Origin: an uncultured Spirochaetota bacterium
GTDB lineage: Bacteria > Spirochaetota > Spirochaetia > SZUA-6 > Fen-1364
Direction of reading: 5' to 3'
NCBI GenBank assembly: GCA_963745235.1
Contig: CAVUXE010000045.1
Location: forward strand, 18,087 to 82,086
DNA: 64,000 bases
The position numbers and the translations under genes are program-made. This document shows, in pieces, positions 1-11,020 of the stretch. The notes beneath the pieces were generated by a model that saw only the letters and a list, made by a program, of their open reading frames with translations, did no database searches and was not told the DNA's origin. Every line of letters starts with the position of its first letter. Within the stretch, counting starts at the first letter, position 1.

Positions 1-120
1 ATTTGCTGCGAGTGCATTTCCTACCACCGCGGCGCCGGCGAGCTGCCCGCCTGTTATTTCTCCAAAGCGGCAGAGCGCAGTTACGATCGAACCGTGGAGA
101 ACTACGTCCGCACTCGTTAG
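1..120 (+). CDS. 3' end of a small Cys-rich protein (DUF6485-like), truncated by window start
   Basis: Frame +1 reads [39 protein letters not shown]; CCECxxYH...ELPACYF...ERxYDR pattern recalled for DUF6485. Confidence 0.7.
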   Translation: MCCECISYHRGAGELPACYFSKAAERSYDRTVENYVRTR

Positions 121-144
121 GAGCCGGGCGGGCCGCGCCGGTAT

Positions 145-621
145 TTACTGGGCGGTCCTCATGACGATGAGGACGGCGTTTCCCACCTTCTCGGTGGTAA
201 TGACGAAGGACTGACGGGACGCCGCCCTGTGCGGATAGCTGATGGGTACCGCGCGCAGACCTTCACCCGTCAGCAGGGTGTGCTCCACCGATCTCTTGAG
301 CCTGCACAGAAGGCAGGCAACGGTGTCTCCGCACCTCCCGAGGGTCCCCGCGTACATGCAGTCGAGTGCTTCTCCGACCCTCAGCCCGATGGTCTCGTTC
401 TCCCGCATCATTCCCCGAAAGCGGCTGTTGGAGAAGAGAATGGTCTGGTTGTGGTCCACGAGGGCGGACGGCGCCTCCAGGGACTCGAGGTATTCAGAGA
501 GGTTCCTGTCACGGGAGGAAAGGAGGGCGGTGAAGCACGGACCACAGGTCCTGGTCAGAAGACGAAGGTCGTCTTTCTGGTCCAGACTCTGCCTGCAACG
601 ATAGCAAACCGGCTGACTCAT
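145..621 (-). CDS. Hypothetical protein with N-terminal CxxC..CxxC and PAS-like, Cys-rich C-terminal region
   Basis: 158 aa ORF; CYRC, CGPC, LVDHNQTILFSN (PAS-like), C..A....CG....C..C cluster. Confidence 0.6.
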   Translation of the reverse strand: MSQPVCYRCRQSLDQKDDLRLLTRTCGPCFTALLSSRDRNLSEYLESLEAPSALVDHNQTILFSNSRFRGMMRENETIGLRVGEALDCMYAGTLGRCGDTVACLLCRLKRSVEHTLLTGEGLRAVPISYPHRAASRQSFVITTEKVGNAVLIVMRTAQ

Positions 622-738
622 CCCGCTGTTGGTCCTGCTGCAATGTACCAGCGTGCCCAGAAAATGGTCAAGATGAAACCGCTTCCGTGGACGGCGGCGC
701 GGCCATTGGATACGTTTAAGCCGGACAAGGAGAACCGC

Positions 739-1175
739 ATGAGCTACTGGCTTGCCAAGAGCGATCCTGAGGCGTACGGGTGGTCGGATCTCGTCCGTGA
801 CGGGAAGACTACCTGGGACGGCGTACGCAACTACAAGGCGCGCAACTTCATCCGCTCAATGAAGCCGGGGACATTGCGCTGTTCTATCACTCGGGCAAGG
901 AGAAGTCCGTGGTAGGCGCCATGAAAATCCTTTCGGAGCCCTACCGGGACAACACCGCGGAAGAAGAGATATGGTCCGCCGTGGATGTGGCCCCGGGATG
1001 GACGCTGAAGAATCCAGTCCCGCTGTCCCGCATCAAGAGCGAGCCATCGCTGCGCGGCATCCACCTGGTGCGCGAAGGGCGCCTGTCCGTCATGCCGCTC
1101 GAAAAGGAGGCGTTCCAGACCATCGTCTCCCTGGGCGGAGGAAGCACAGCACTGTCCGTAGACCGTCCCCGCTAG
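739..1175 (+). CDS. EVE domain protein (one frameshift at G-run ~866-870)
   Basis: MSYWLAKSDP..WDGVRNYKARNF..MKPG joins, after a frame change, DIALFYHSG...WSAVDV...RLSVMP; AGGAG RBS upstream of ATG 739. Confidence 0.9.
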
Positions 1176-1188
1176 GATATTAGTCCCC

Positions 1189-1446
1189 ATGGATACCTGC
1201 ACGCATCTCGATCAGATCCGGGAGGTCACCCCGAGCGCCGAGGGGTGTGAAGACTGTCTGAAGATTGGCGACTCCTGGATGCATCTTCGCCTGTGCCTGA
1301 CCTGCGGTCACGTTGGTTGCTGCGACTCTTCGAAGAACAAGCATGCGACGAAGCATTTCCATTCCACGGGCCACCCGATCGTCCAGTCCTACGAGCCAGG
1401 AGAGGACTGGAAGTGGTGCTACGTCGATGAGGTGGCACTCGAGTAG
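1189..1446 (+). CDS. UBP-type zinc finger protein
   Basis: CEDC...WxHLRLCLTCGHVGCCDSS..KHATKHF...HP motif of zf-UBP. Confidence 0.93.
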   Translation: MDTCTHLDQIREVTPSAEGCEDCLKIGDSWMHLRLCLTCGHVGCCDSSKNKHATKHFHSTGHPIVQSYEPGEDWKWCYVDEVALE

Positions 1447-1458
1447 TGCGGGTGCGGG

Positions 1459-1657
1459 CTACTGGCGCATCCACAGCGCAGGCTTCATCACCATGAGAAA
1501 CAGCACGAGGAGCGCGAGCACGCCCACCACCACGCCTTGTCGTGTACCCCCGCGCGCTGCCGCCCCATATGCCTGCGAACCCACCCCGTGAAGTGATGTT
1601 GGCGCCCACGGCGGTGATTGCCGCAACGACGTGCGTCCCTGAATATCGCGTCGTCAT
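1459..1657 (-). pseudogene. Remnant of a DUF2269-like membrane protein, central part missing
   Basis: Minus strand gives HVVAAITAVGANIT (N-terminal-type motif) and, in another frame ~30 codons later, VVVGVLALLVLFLMVMKPALWMRQ* (C-terminal LMVxKP motif). Confidence 0.5.
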
Positions 1658-1667
1658 CTCCGGGGGG

Positions 1668-2543
1668 TCAAGCCGCCGCTTTGCCGCGTGGCGCTCTCCG
1701 CCGGGTTGCCAGGACAGAGCCGGCCAGGACCAGGACGAAGCCGACTCCCATGCCGACGGTAAACGTCTCATGCAGGATGGTGATTCCAACCAGTGCAGCA
1801 ACTGCCGGGTTGATGTAGGTGATCACCGTGGCCCGAACGGGTCCGATTGACGCGATCAGCGCGAAAAAAAGCAGGAAGGCGATGGCTGTGCAGACAACGC
1901 CAAGCACCACGACAGAGACGATCACCGCTCCGCCAGGCATTTCCCGCGGCCAATGCATCGCGGCCAGCGGCGCGTAGACCACGGCGCACGCTGCCAGCGA
2001 AATGCCAGTGACGCTCACCGACGGAACGCCGTTCAGATACCGGCTCAGAATAGCGGGTCCGACCGCATAGCCAACGGCAACCAGCGCCATCTGGATGAGC
2101 GCGGTGGGGCCGGATGCGTGGAAGTCCAGGCCCACGATGGCAGAGACCCCGACCAATCCCAGTGCCAGGCCGCCCAGGCCGAGCGGCCCAATGACCTCCC
2201 GGTTGCCGAAGAGGGGCGCGATGAGAATCCCGACCAGCGGCACGAAGGAGATCAGGAGCCCTGCCAGCGAGCTGGAGATCTGCTGCTCGGCGCTGGAGAG
2301 AAAGAACCACGGTCCGCCGATCTCCGCCGCGGCAAAAGCGAGCAGCGGGATCCATCTCATGCCGATTCCGCGAAGTCCTCCCTTCGCGATGACGATTGGC
2401 ATCAGGATGAGCGCGCCAATGGCGGTGCGGCCGAAGACGAGCACGACCGGGGAGATCTCACCGACTGCGACGCGGATCAGAAAGTACGGGATCCCCCAGA
2501 TGATGCACATTGCGGCGAACACGAGAGTGCTGTTGCGGCTCAT
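1668..2543 (-). CDS. EamA/DMT family transporter
   Basis: 291 aa, ~10 hydrophobic segments, IWG near N-terminus, TYINPAVA..GITILHE in second repeat. Confidence 0.92.
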   Translation of the reverse strand: MSRNSTLVFAAMCIIWGIPYFLIRVAVGEISPVVLVFGRTAIGALILMPIVIAKGGLRGIGMRWIPLLAFAAAEIGGPWFFLSSAEQQISSSLAGLLISFVPLVGILIAPLFGNREVIGPLGLGGLALGLVGVSAIVGLDFHASGPTALIQMALVAVGYAVGPAILSRYLNGVPSVSVTGISLAACAVVYAPLAAMHWPREMPGGAVIVSVVVLGVVCTAIAFLLFFALIASIGPVRATVITYINPAVAALVGITILHETFTVGMGVGFVLVLAGSVLATRRRAPRGKAAA

Positions 2544-2600
2544 CCCCCGTGTATATCAGACCCCGGGCCCTTTGTCTTGCGTATCCGTTATATTTGGAGG

Positions 2601-3131
2601 ATGAGTGACACGGAGAAGGCTCTCGGCGCAGCGTACCTGCAGGATATCAGGTCGACTTTTGGCGCGTACAAGGCGCTCGGCGACAAGTCGTTCGCACAGG
2701 TGGACGGCACGGAGATGCACTGGAAGGCCGACGAGGAGGCCAACAGCATCGCCACCATCATCATGCACCTGAGCGGAAACTTTCTCTCCCGATGGACTGA
2801 CTTCCTGACCACTGACGGCGAGAAGCCGTGGCGAAACAGGGATGGGGAGTTCGAGGAGCCCGCCCTGGGGAAGGAGGAGCTCCTGGCGAGGTGGGAGGCC
2901 GGCTGGGCGTGCGCTTTCGCGGCGCTTGACGCCATCCCGGAGGACGGTCTCCTGCGGGTGATCACGATCCGTGGGGAGCCGCACACCATCGTCAAGGCCC
3001 TGAATCGGAACCTCACCCACTGTGCGTACCACGTCGGCCAGATCGTGTTCATTGCAAAGGGGCTGAAATCGGGGGATTGGAAAACTCTCTCCATGCCCAA
3101 AAGGAAGCCCAGGGGGTCTGAGCCGTCGTGA
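2601..3131 (+). CDS. DUF1572 / DinB superfamily protein
   Basis: NSIATIIMHLSGN.LSRWTDFLTTDGEKPWRNRDGEF...HCAYHVGQIV; GGAGG RBS directly before ATG 2601. Confidence 0.9.
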   Translation: MSDTEKALGAAYLQDIRSTFGAYKALGDKSFAQVDGTEMHWKADEEANSIATIIMHLSGNFLSRWTDFLTTDGEKPWRNRDGEFEEPALGKEELLARWEAGWACAFAALDAIPEDGLLRVITIRGEPHTIVKALNRNLTHCAYHVGQIVFIAKGLKSGDWKTLSMPKRKPRGSEPS

Positions 3132-3147
3132 CCACGGCGGCCTGAGC

Positions 3148-4587
3148 GTGCTACTATACGGCGTGGCAGTGCCTGCTGGAACGCCCCCTGAGCGCAGCGT
3201 CTGGTGCAACAGGACCCTCAACCTGCGCGCCATCAAGGCGGTTGGATACGACATGGATTACACCCTCGTGCATTATCGCACGGGGGAGTGGGAGCGGGCC
3301 GCATTCGAGCGCGCCCTGGGGCCGTTGGAGCGCCGCGGCTGGCCGGTGAAGGACCTCACCTTCGACCCCGCGAGCGTCATCCTGGGGCTCGCCTTCGACC
3401 TGGAGCTCGGCAACCTCGTCAAGGCCACGCGCTTTGGCTACGTCATCAAGGCCCGCCATGGCACACGGCCGCTGTCGTTCGACGAGCAGCGCTCCGCGTA
3501 CTCCAGCACCTTCGTGGATCTCTCGGATCCACGCTGGGACTTCATGAACACGCTGTTCTCCCTGTCCGAGGCGAACCTCTTTGCCCAGCTGGTTGACCTC
3601 CTGGACGCGGACAGGCTGCCGGAGACCCTTGGATACAGGGACCTGCACCATGTTCTCAGAACGGCGCTGGATGAGGCGCACAACCTCAGCGAGCTGAAGC
3701 CCCAGATCATGGCAGACCCGGATCGGTTCGTGGAGCTGGACCCCGAGCTGCCGCTGACCCTCCTTGACCAGAAGATGGCGGGCAAGAGGCTGCTGCTGAT
3801 CACGAACTCCGACTGGGCATACACCCGCGCCATGATGAGCTACACCTTCGACCGCTTCCTCCCGAGCTCAATGAAGTGGCGGGAGCTGTTCGATCTCATC
3901 ATCGTTGAGGCGCGAAAGCCGGGGTTCTTCTCCGGCCGCCAGGCCCTCTACAAGGTGACGGAAGAGGAGCAGGGGCTGCTGCGCCCCTCCCGCGGGCCGC
4001 TGGAGCCGGGGAGCGTCTATGTCGGTGGTGACGCGCAGCTGGTGGAATCCAGCCTGAGCCTCTCCGGAGCAGAGATCCTGTATCTTGGAGATCACCTCTT
4101 CGGTGACGTGCACGTCAGCAAGGAGATGCTGCGCTGGCGTACAGGCCTGATCCTTCGGGAGATGGAGTCCGAGATCCAGGCCCTGGAGAAATCGAGCGAG
4201 ATCGACGCGCAGCTGTGGGAGCTCATGAGCAGAAAGACGGAGGTGGACAGGAGGCTCGCGCAGCTTCGCCTGGAAAGGCAGCGCCTGCAGAAGCGTTACG
4301 GGCCACGGCCCGCCGTGAGCCCCGCGGACCTGGAGACGTCCCTCCGCAGTGTCGCTGAGGAAAGCCAGGATCTGGATGCGCGGATAGCGCCGCTTGCGAA
4401 GTGCCTGGGAGAAATGGGCAACGCTGCATGGGGGCCGCTCATGCGCGCGGGCAATGACAAGAGCCTTTTCGCCCGCCAGGTGGAGCGCTACGCTGATGTG
4501 TACACGTCACGGGTGTCGAACTTTCTTGCGCAAACACCCTTTGCTTACCTGCGGGCAGCGCGAGGCTCGCTCCCTCACGAAGGCTGA
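3148..4587 (+). CDS. HAD-IG family 5'-nucleotidase (cN-II-like)
   Basis: GYDMDYTL motif I, LLITNS, ARKP, YLGDHLFGDV motif, FARQVERYADVYTSRV. Confidence 0.92.
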   Translation: MLLYGVAVPAGTPPERSVWCNRTLNLRAIKAVGYDMDYTLVHYRTGEWERAAFERALGPLERRGWPVKDLTFDPASVILGLAFDLELGNLVKATRFGYVIKARHGTRPLSFDEQRSAYSSTFVDLSDPRWDFMNTLFSLSEANLFAQLVDLLDADRLPETLGYRDLHHVLRTALDEAHNLSELKPQIMADPDRFVELDPELPLTLLDQKMAGKRLLLITNSDWAYTRAMMSYTFDRFLPSSMKWRELFDLIIVEARKPGFFSGRQALYKVTEEEQGLLRPSRGPLEPGSVYVGGDAQLVESSLSLSGAEILYLGDHLFGDVHVSKEMLRWRTGLILREMESEIQALEKSSEIDAQLWELMSRKTEVDRRLAQLRLERQRLQKRYGPRPAVSPADLETSLRSVAEESQDLDARIAPLAKCLGEMGNAAWGPLMRAGNDKSLFARQVERYADVYTSRVSNFLAQTPFAYLRAARGSLPHEG

Positions 4588-4601
4588 CGCGGACCAGCCC
4601 C

Positions 4602-5219
4602 TCATGCCGGCCGTCTGGCCATGACGCAGACTGTCGGGACCGGTTTCATGACCCTGAGCTCGGTATGGACGCCCTCGAACCCGCTTGCCGCGAGCTTTTC
4701 CGCAATTCGGGATGCTGCCTGGATTGAGTCCTTTTCCGTTGCGCCCTGGCTTCGTGGTTGATGGGCAATGGCGATGACCCCGCCCGGACGCAGGCTTTCT
4801 TTCACCCGCTGGAGAACAGAGAGCGGATCCGGCCAGAATTGAAACGAATTGATATCCAGGACCTTGTCGAGCTTGTGCCCAAAGCTCGGCAGCTGAGATA
4901 CCGAGGCCGCCATCAATTTCACATGTCCTGTCCCGACTGAGCTCCTGTTCCGTCGCGAAGCCTGCTTGACCATCAGCGGGGAGTGGTCTATCCCATACAC
5001 CACTCCGTAGGGCGCCAGGTTGCTCAGAATCTGTATGGCGATGCCGGGACCAAACCCTGTCTCCAGGACATGATCGCCCGTGCGCACATCCAGCAGAGAA
5101 ACGGCCCACTGTATTCGTTCCCGGTTGGAAGTGCGATGCGACATGATGAATCCCACAACGTTCCCCACCGCTCCCCGTGGATTGCCGAACTGGCTGACGA
5201 GCTTCTGTCTCAATTCCAT
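4602..5219 (-). CDS. Class I SAM-dependent methyltransferase
   Basis: QFGNPRG N-terminus, VLETGFGPG motif I, GIDHS, LRPGG. Confidence 0.85.
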   Translation of the reverse strand: MELRQKLVSQFGNPRGAVGNVVGFIMSHRTSNRERIQWAVSLLDVRTGDHVLETGFGPGIAIQILSNLAPYGVVYGIDHSPLMVKQASRRNRSSVGTGHVKLMAASVSQLPSFGHKLDKVLDINSFQFWPDPLSVLQRVKESLRPGGVIAIAHQPRSQGATEKDSIQAASRIAEKLAASGFEGVHTELRVMKPVPTVCVMARRPA

Positions 5220-5331
5220 GGCCTTGTCCTCCCGGCATACAGGCAGACGCGAAAGTCCCCTCTTTGTTGCATGACTTCATCGAAAGATTGAATTCCGTGC
5301 GCGTGCAGGGTACTGTTGATACGAAGGCCGC

Positions 5332-5712
5332 ATGCCGGGAAACGATGAGGATCTCAACAAGACTATCTACTCAGACAGCGCGGTGGGCCAGCGGCTTTCC
5401 AAGGTGCGGAAACCGGGCGCCTTGTTCATTGTCTTCCAGGGCAGGAAAATTCCTATTACGACCCGCATCACGGTGGGCAGGGATCCCGACAATATCATTT
5501 CCCTGGATGATGCCCTGGTGTCGCGTCGCCACGCGGTGATCCAGAAAGTGAAAGACGACTTCTTCGTCGAGGACCTCGGGAGCACCAATGGGACTTTCGT
5601 AAATGGCCACCCGGTCCCTTCTGGAAAATACGCGCGCCTGCACCCGGCGGATGTCATCCTGATTGGCCGCACCGAGCTTTCCCTGGAGCAATTCGGGGTA
5701 CAGGGCTCCTAG
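5332..5712 (+). CDS. FHA domain protein
   Basis: VGRD...VSRRHA...[15 protein letters not shown] signature. Confidence 0.93.
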   Translation: MPGNDEDLNKTIYSDSAVGQRLSKVRKPGALFIVFQGRKIPITTRITVGRDPDNIISLDDALVSRRHAVIQKVKDDFFVEDLGSTNGTFVNGHPVPSGKYARLHPADVILIGRTELSLEQFGVQGS

Positions 5713-5794
5713 CCGTTCACGGCGCGGCAGCGTCGGGCTCTGGCATGGGACAGTTGCCGGCCACAGAGGTGGAGGCACGGAGAGGACCAGGACA

Positions 5795-7555
5795 ATGGGG
5801 TGGTTCCTGAACTTGAAGGTGGGGAGAAAGCTCACCCTCGCATTTCTGATCGTCGCCTCGATCTCCGCGGTCATCGGGGCAATTGGAATCCGCAACATGG
5901 CAATCATCAAGAGCCTCGCTGATGACATGTACCAGAAGGAGCTCCTGGGAGTCCTTCACGCGCAGGACGCCAATCTGGACCTCATCTCCGTGGCACGAGC
6001 GGAAAAGAACATCATCCTCGCGGCCAGCGAGGAGCAGCGAACGAAGTTCCTCTCTGACTACGAGAAGTACCTCAAGCAGCTGGACGATGACATCGAGAAG
6101 ACCCGTCCCCTGGTCTATTCGGACAAGGCCATGCTTGCTCTCTCGCGGGTCGTTGACGCGGAGCAGGACTGGAAAAAGCTCAGCAGGCAGGTGGTCACCG
6201 CCGTCACGAGTGAGCCGCTCGACGCGACGAAGGATTCGGCCCAGCTCTCCATGGGTGAAGCCGAGGTGAAGCTCAACGTCATGGACTACCTGCTCAAGGA
6301 TCTCGTTGTTCAGGAGAGAGACGGCGCGAAAGCCGAAGCGCAACGCACCGCTGCAATCTTTCAGCAGAACCTCATCGTGGCGCTTGCCTGCATCATCGGC
6401 GGTGTTCTTCTCAGCATCATCCTGGGACTGATCATCTCCCGCATGATCAACATCCCCCTGCGCAAAGGCCTCGAGTTTTCCCAGGCCATCGCGGCGGGGG
6501 ATCTCACGCAAAGGATCGACACCGACCGTCGGGACGAGATCGGCAAGCTGGCCCAAAGCCTGAACATCATGAACATGAAGCTGCGGGAGATCGTCAGCGC
6601 CGTCCAGGAGAACGCGGACCACGTTGCCTCCTCCAGCCACGAGATCTCGGCAAGCGCGCAGAAGCTGTCGGAGGGCGCCCAGAACCAGGCTTCGACGCTG
6701 GAGGAGACAAGCGCGTCCGTGGAGGAGCTCACTGCCTCAGTCCAGCAGGTGGCAGAGCACGCCCAGAGCCAGGCCTCCGGCGTGGAGCAGGGTACGGCCT
6801 CCATGACGCAGGTGCAGAAAGCCATGGATGAGGTCTCCCGGAATCTCACGGACATCGCCGCAATCGCCGGTCGATCCCTGGAAAAAGCCGCCGAAGGGGC
6901 GGCGGCCGTAAAGCACGTGGTGGACGGTATCAGCCTGATAGCCGCCAGCTCCGAGAAGATCGGCGGGATCGTGGACGTGATCTCCGACATCGCTGATCAG
7001 ACCAACCTGCTGGCCCTCAACGCCTCCATCGAGGCGGCCCGGGCGGGAGAGCACGGGAGAGGCTTCGCGGTGGTCGCGGCCGAGGTGAGCAAGCTCGCAG
7101 ACAGAAGCGCTTCGTCCACGAAGGAGATTGCCGCTCTCATCAGGGAGAGCGTGAAGAACATCACCGAAGGCGTGGACACCGCCCAGGGCTCGCAAAAAGC
7201 GATGGAAGAGATCCGCGAAGGCGCGCAGAAGGCCAAGGAAATGACAGGGGGCCTCGTGAGCTCCATGGAACAGCAGGTGACGGCAATCCACCAGCTCGCT
7301 TCTGCCCTGCAGGGCATCAACGAGATGAGCTCCAGCATCTCTGCGGCAACGGAGGAGGAGACCACCAACGCGAGGCAGGTTTCCAAGGCGGTTGAGAATG
7401 TGAACGAGCTGACGCAGTCCGCGGCATCCGCTGCTGAGCAGATGTCTGCTGCCACGGAAAAGCTTTCGGAAATGGCGGAGAAGCTGCAGCGAATCATGGG
7501 ACAGTTCAAAGTCGGAGAGGAGTCCACTCCCGCAGAACACATCCTGCCGTCCTGA
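5795..7555 (+). CDS. Methyl-accepting chemotaxis protein (4HB sensor, HAMP, signalling domain)
   Basis: Two TM helices, [42 protein letters not shown] hairpin. Confidence 0.96.
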   Translation: MGWFLNLKVGRKLTLAFLIVASISAVIGAIGIRNMAIIKSLADDMYQKELLGVLHAQDANLDLISVARAEKNIILAASEEQRTKFLSDYEKYLKQLDDDIEKTRPLVYSDKAMLALSRVVDAEQDWKKLSRQVVTAVTSEPLDATKDSAQLSMGEAEVKLNVMDYLLKDLVVQERDGAKAEAQRTAAIFQQNLIVALACIIGGVLLSIILGLIISRMINIPLRKGLEFSQAIAAGDLTQRIDTDRRDEIGKLAQSLNIMNMKLREIVSAVQENADHVASSSHEISASAQKLSEGAQNQASTLEETSASVEELTASVQQVAEHAQSQASGVEQGTASMTQVQKAMDEVSRNLTDIAAIAGRSLEKAAEGAAAVKHVVDGISLIAASSEKIGGIVDVISDIADQTNLLALNASIEAARAGEHGRGFAVVAAEVSKLADRSASSTKEIAALIRESVKNITEGVDTAQGSQKAMEEIREGAQKAKEMTGGLVSSMEQQVTAIHQLASALQGINEMSSSISAATEEETTNARQVSKAVENVNELTQSAASAAEQMSAATEKLSEMAEKLQRIMGQFKVGEESTPAEHILPS

Positions 7556-7649
7556 GTCAGGGGTCCGACGCGATTCAGCACCATCCCGCACGCTGTTTCG
7601 CTGATCCATCCGGTGGCCGAGCTTTGCTCGATCGTCCATATTACTATCG

Positions 7650-10363
7650 ATGGCGTTTGAAGAAAGGAAGTTCCAGATGAATCAGCGCAATGATGCCTCC
7701 GCGTATCAGCTTCCCCGGAGCGTGGTGCCCCGTCACTACGACATCATGGTGAGGCCGGACCTCACGTCTTTTCGCTTCAGCGGCCGCGTTGCCGTGGAGG
7801 TGGAGGTCCGCGAGCCGGTGGATCGAATCACGCTGCACGCGCTCGGGCTGAAGATCACGGGGGCGCATGTCATGGATAACCGGGGGAGCAGGCGGAATGC
7901 CGTCTCTACCCACGCAACGGTGAGCTTTGTCGACCCCGCGACGGGAGAGGCTCGCGATGAACAGTTCGCAAGCGCGGCCGCAATGGATGAAAAGTCCCAG
8001 ACCGCCACGTTTGCCTTCTCCGCAACCCTTGAAAAAGGCCTCTGGACGCTCACCGCCGAATACGAGGGCAGCCTCGTGCAGCCAGGCCTCGAGGGCTTCT
8101 ACCGCAGCAAGTGGACTGATGAGAACGGGCGCGACCACTGGGCGGCCACGACGCAATTCGAGGCAACCCATGCGCGCCGCGCGTTTCCCTGCTGGGACGA
8201 GCCAGCTGCAAAGGCAACGTATGCTGTGACGCTCGTCATCGACAGACAGCTGACGGCGCTCTCCAACATGCGCGTCACATCGGAGACGGTGGAGAAGGGT
8301 TGGAAGACCATCGCATTTGCGGCGACTCCCCGGATGTCCACCTATCTGCTCGCCTGGTGCGTCGGGGAGTTCGAAAGCTGTGAACCCGCATGGGCCAACG
8401 GAAAAGAGCTTCGCATCTGGTCGGTGCCGGGAAAGAACGCTGCTCAAAGGCTACGCCCTGAAGTGCGCCGCCTATGGCGTGGAATGGTACGAGCGCACGC
8501 TCGGCGTTCCCTATTTCGGCGGGGACAAGATCGACATGATCGCCATCCCGGAGTTCCGCTCGGGGGCCATGGAGAATACGGGGCTCATCACCTACCGCGC
8601 CACGGCACTCCTCGTGGACGAGCCGCATGCCACCGTCTCGGAGCTGCAGCGCGTTGCCGAGGTGGTCTTCCATGAGCTGGCGCACATGTGGTTCGGTAAT
8701 CTCGTCACCATGGCCTGGTGGGACGGTCTCCCGCTCAACGAGTCGAACGCCACCATATTCGCCTATCTCGTGATGGCGGACTTCCAGCCGGAATGGCGCA
8801 TCTTCAACTCCTTCGGGCTGCATCGCGCGGCGGCGTTCGCCCTGGACTCCCTCAACAGCACGCACCCCTGCTGGGCGCCCGTGGGACACCCCGATGAGGT
8901 GGAGCAGAGGTTCGACAAGATCACCTACGAGAAGGGCGGGAGCCTGGAGTTTCAGATCCAGCAGTTCGTGGGCGCCGCTCCCTTCTACCAGGGCATGCAT
9001 GTCTACCTGATGCGTTACAGCCACGGAAACGCAGAGGTCACGGACTTGTGGGATGCGCTGGAAGAAGGTGTGAAACAGGCCGGTGCGGATGTTCCCGTGC
9101 GGCAGATCATGGACGCGTGGTTCCTCTCCGACGGCCATCCGGTTGTGACGGTCTCCCCGTCCAGCAAGCCCGGATTCGTCAGGCTTTCGCAGGAAAGGTT
9201 TGCCTTCCTGGGACAGGGAGAGCCACGCGGGGCAGCTCTGGCCAATTCCCCTGCAGTTGCGCTATGCCGCGGAGGACGGATCTGTCCACCCGCAGAAGCT
9301 CATCTTCGCGGACAGGGAGCGGGAAGTCCCCCTCCAGAAGGGGTTTCGGTACGCGGCCGTCAACGCAGGCGGCTCGGGCTTCTACCGCGTGCGCTATTCG
9401 CCCGAGCTGCTGTCAGGCCTCCTTTCATCACCATTCGAAAGGCTCGAGGTGATCGAGCGATTCAACCTCGTCAACGATTCGTGGGCCTTTGTGCGCGCGC
9501 AGAAAATGGGCTCGGACTCGTACATCGAGCTTGTGCGAACGCTCTGCGCAGAGAGGGACCCGAGCGTCTGGAGCATCATCGGCGGCTCGCTGCAGACGCT
9601 CCACGGCATAACCTCTGGTGAGGACAGGGCCGCGTTCAAGAAGCTCATCCAAGGCCTCGTCAGGCCGGTGTTCGAGGATCTCGGCTGGGCGCCCAAGGCA
9701 GAGGAGTCAACGGCCGCTCGGGAGCTGCGCGGTTCCCTGGCCGCGCTGCTCGGCACGGTGGGGGAGGATGGGGAAGTCCAGAGCGCGGCAGTTGGTCTCT
9801 TCACATCCTGGAAAAAGGACCGCGACTCGGTTGACCCCAACGTGGTTCCCGCGCTCGTCTCGACCCTTGCGTACACCGGGGACAGGGCGCGTTTCGAAGA
9901 GTTCCTGGCTCTTTCCCGCGCGGCCGCCACGGACCAGGAGAAGCTGCGGTTCCTGAGGGCCCTGGGCGAGTTCCGTCTCCCCGAGCTGTTCAAGGCGGCA
10001 ATCGAAATGATGATGAGCGACGTGAAGACTGACGATGCTCCCTACATCCTCGGCGCCTACCTCGTTACAGAGCATGCCGGTCCAGCAACGTGGGAGGCCA
10101 TCCGTGGGAGCTGGGCAAAGATACTGAGAAGGTTCCCGACATCAGGCACGGTGCGGATGATCGAGGGATGCTCTGCGCTGGACACTCCCGAGCTGGCGGC
10201 AGAGGTGGAGCAGTTCTTTGCCCGGACCCGGGTGCCCCAGGGAGACATGGCCGTGGCCCAGATGCTGGAAAGGCTGAGTGTGAACGTGCGCATGCGCAAG
10301 GAAGAGGCGCCGCGGCTCACCGCGTACCTGAAACGCGCCGTCCAGGGAAGGATGCAGGACTGA
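7650..10363 (+). CDS. M1 family zinc aminopeptidase with ERAP1-like C-terminus (two frameshifts ~8440 and ~9230)
   Basis: TQFEATHARRAFPCWDEP, GAMEN, HELAH-18-E, ITYEKGG across three consecutive overlapping frames (7650-8675, 8317-9621, 9200-10363). Confidence 0.93.
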
Positions 10364-10371
10364 ATGAAGAG

Positions 10372-10959
10372 CTAGAGCTTGCGAGCTTCCTGATTTGATT
10401 CTGCCAGCTCCCGATAGGCAATCTTCAAGCAGTCATCGCACAGACCGTGGCTGAACTCCGCCTCGGAATGACTGGCGATGTAGCTTTCCACCTGGTGCCA
10501 GTACCCTTCGCCATCACGGATCTTCTTGCACCTGGCGCAGATGGGGAGAATGCCTCTCAGGGTTCGCAGCTCGCTCATGGCGGATCGATACTCGGTTGCC
10601 ATTGCGCTGAAATAGCCGATTGTTCCTCCGGTCAGCATGTAGACGAATGTTCCGATGGTCATGACCCACCCGGGAAGCGGGAGCGGAATCCCGACGAGCC
10701 GCAGATAGAGAGCCGAAAGCACCGAGGCCATCAGGCCGGCAAGCACTCCCGGCAACACGCCAAGGGCAAGGCCGACAATGGTAATCGGCAGGAGAAGGAG
10801 CATCCCCGATTCGAACGCCCGCGTGAAATACGAGAGCAGGAAGTACCCGACAAAGCTGACGCCGCAATAGATTGCAATCACCACGAAATGACTCTTGATC
10901 CAGTACGGCTCCGGTCTCCTCGTCATCAGGTGTTTGAAATCTTCCGGAAAGAACCCCAT
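10372..10959 (-). CDS. Membrane protein with C-terminal Cys/His (putative Zn-binding) signalling-associated domain
   Basis: ~4 TM helices then LPICARCKKIRD..YW..VESYI...FSHGLCDDC. Confidence 0.75.
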   Translation of the reverse strand: MGFFPEDFKHLMTRRPEPYWIKSHFVVIAIYCGVSFVGYFLLSYFTRAFESGMLLLLPITIVGLALGVLPGVLAGLMASVLSALYLRLVGIPLPLPGWVMTIGTFVYMLTGGTIGYFSAMATEYRSAMSELRTLRGILPICARCKKIRDGEGYWHQVESYIASHSEAEFSHGLCDDCLKIAYRELAESNQEARKL

Positions 10960-11020
10960 TTCCGTCTCCCTTTCGGCGGCAGACCCGTCTCAGGCCAACC
11001 TAACCGATTATCGGCGGAAA

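Noticed and set aside
229-738. Long N-terminal extension of the EVE ORF (229-915) and similar extensions on 1953-3131, 5663-7555 and 23682-24740
   Set aside because: The extensions overlap opposite-strand or upstream genes, and RBS-preceded internal starts match the family N-termini.
8670-8760. Aminopeptidase motif LPLNESNAT (vs usual LWLNEGFA) as a sign of inactivity
   Set aside because: GAMEN, both His of HELAH, the downstream Glu and the catalytic Tyr region are all retained.
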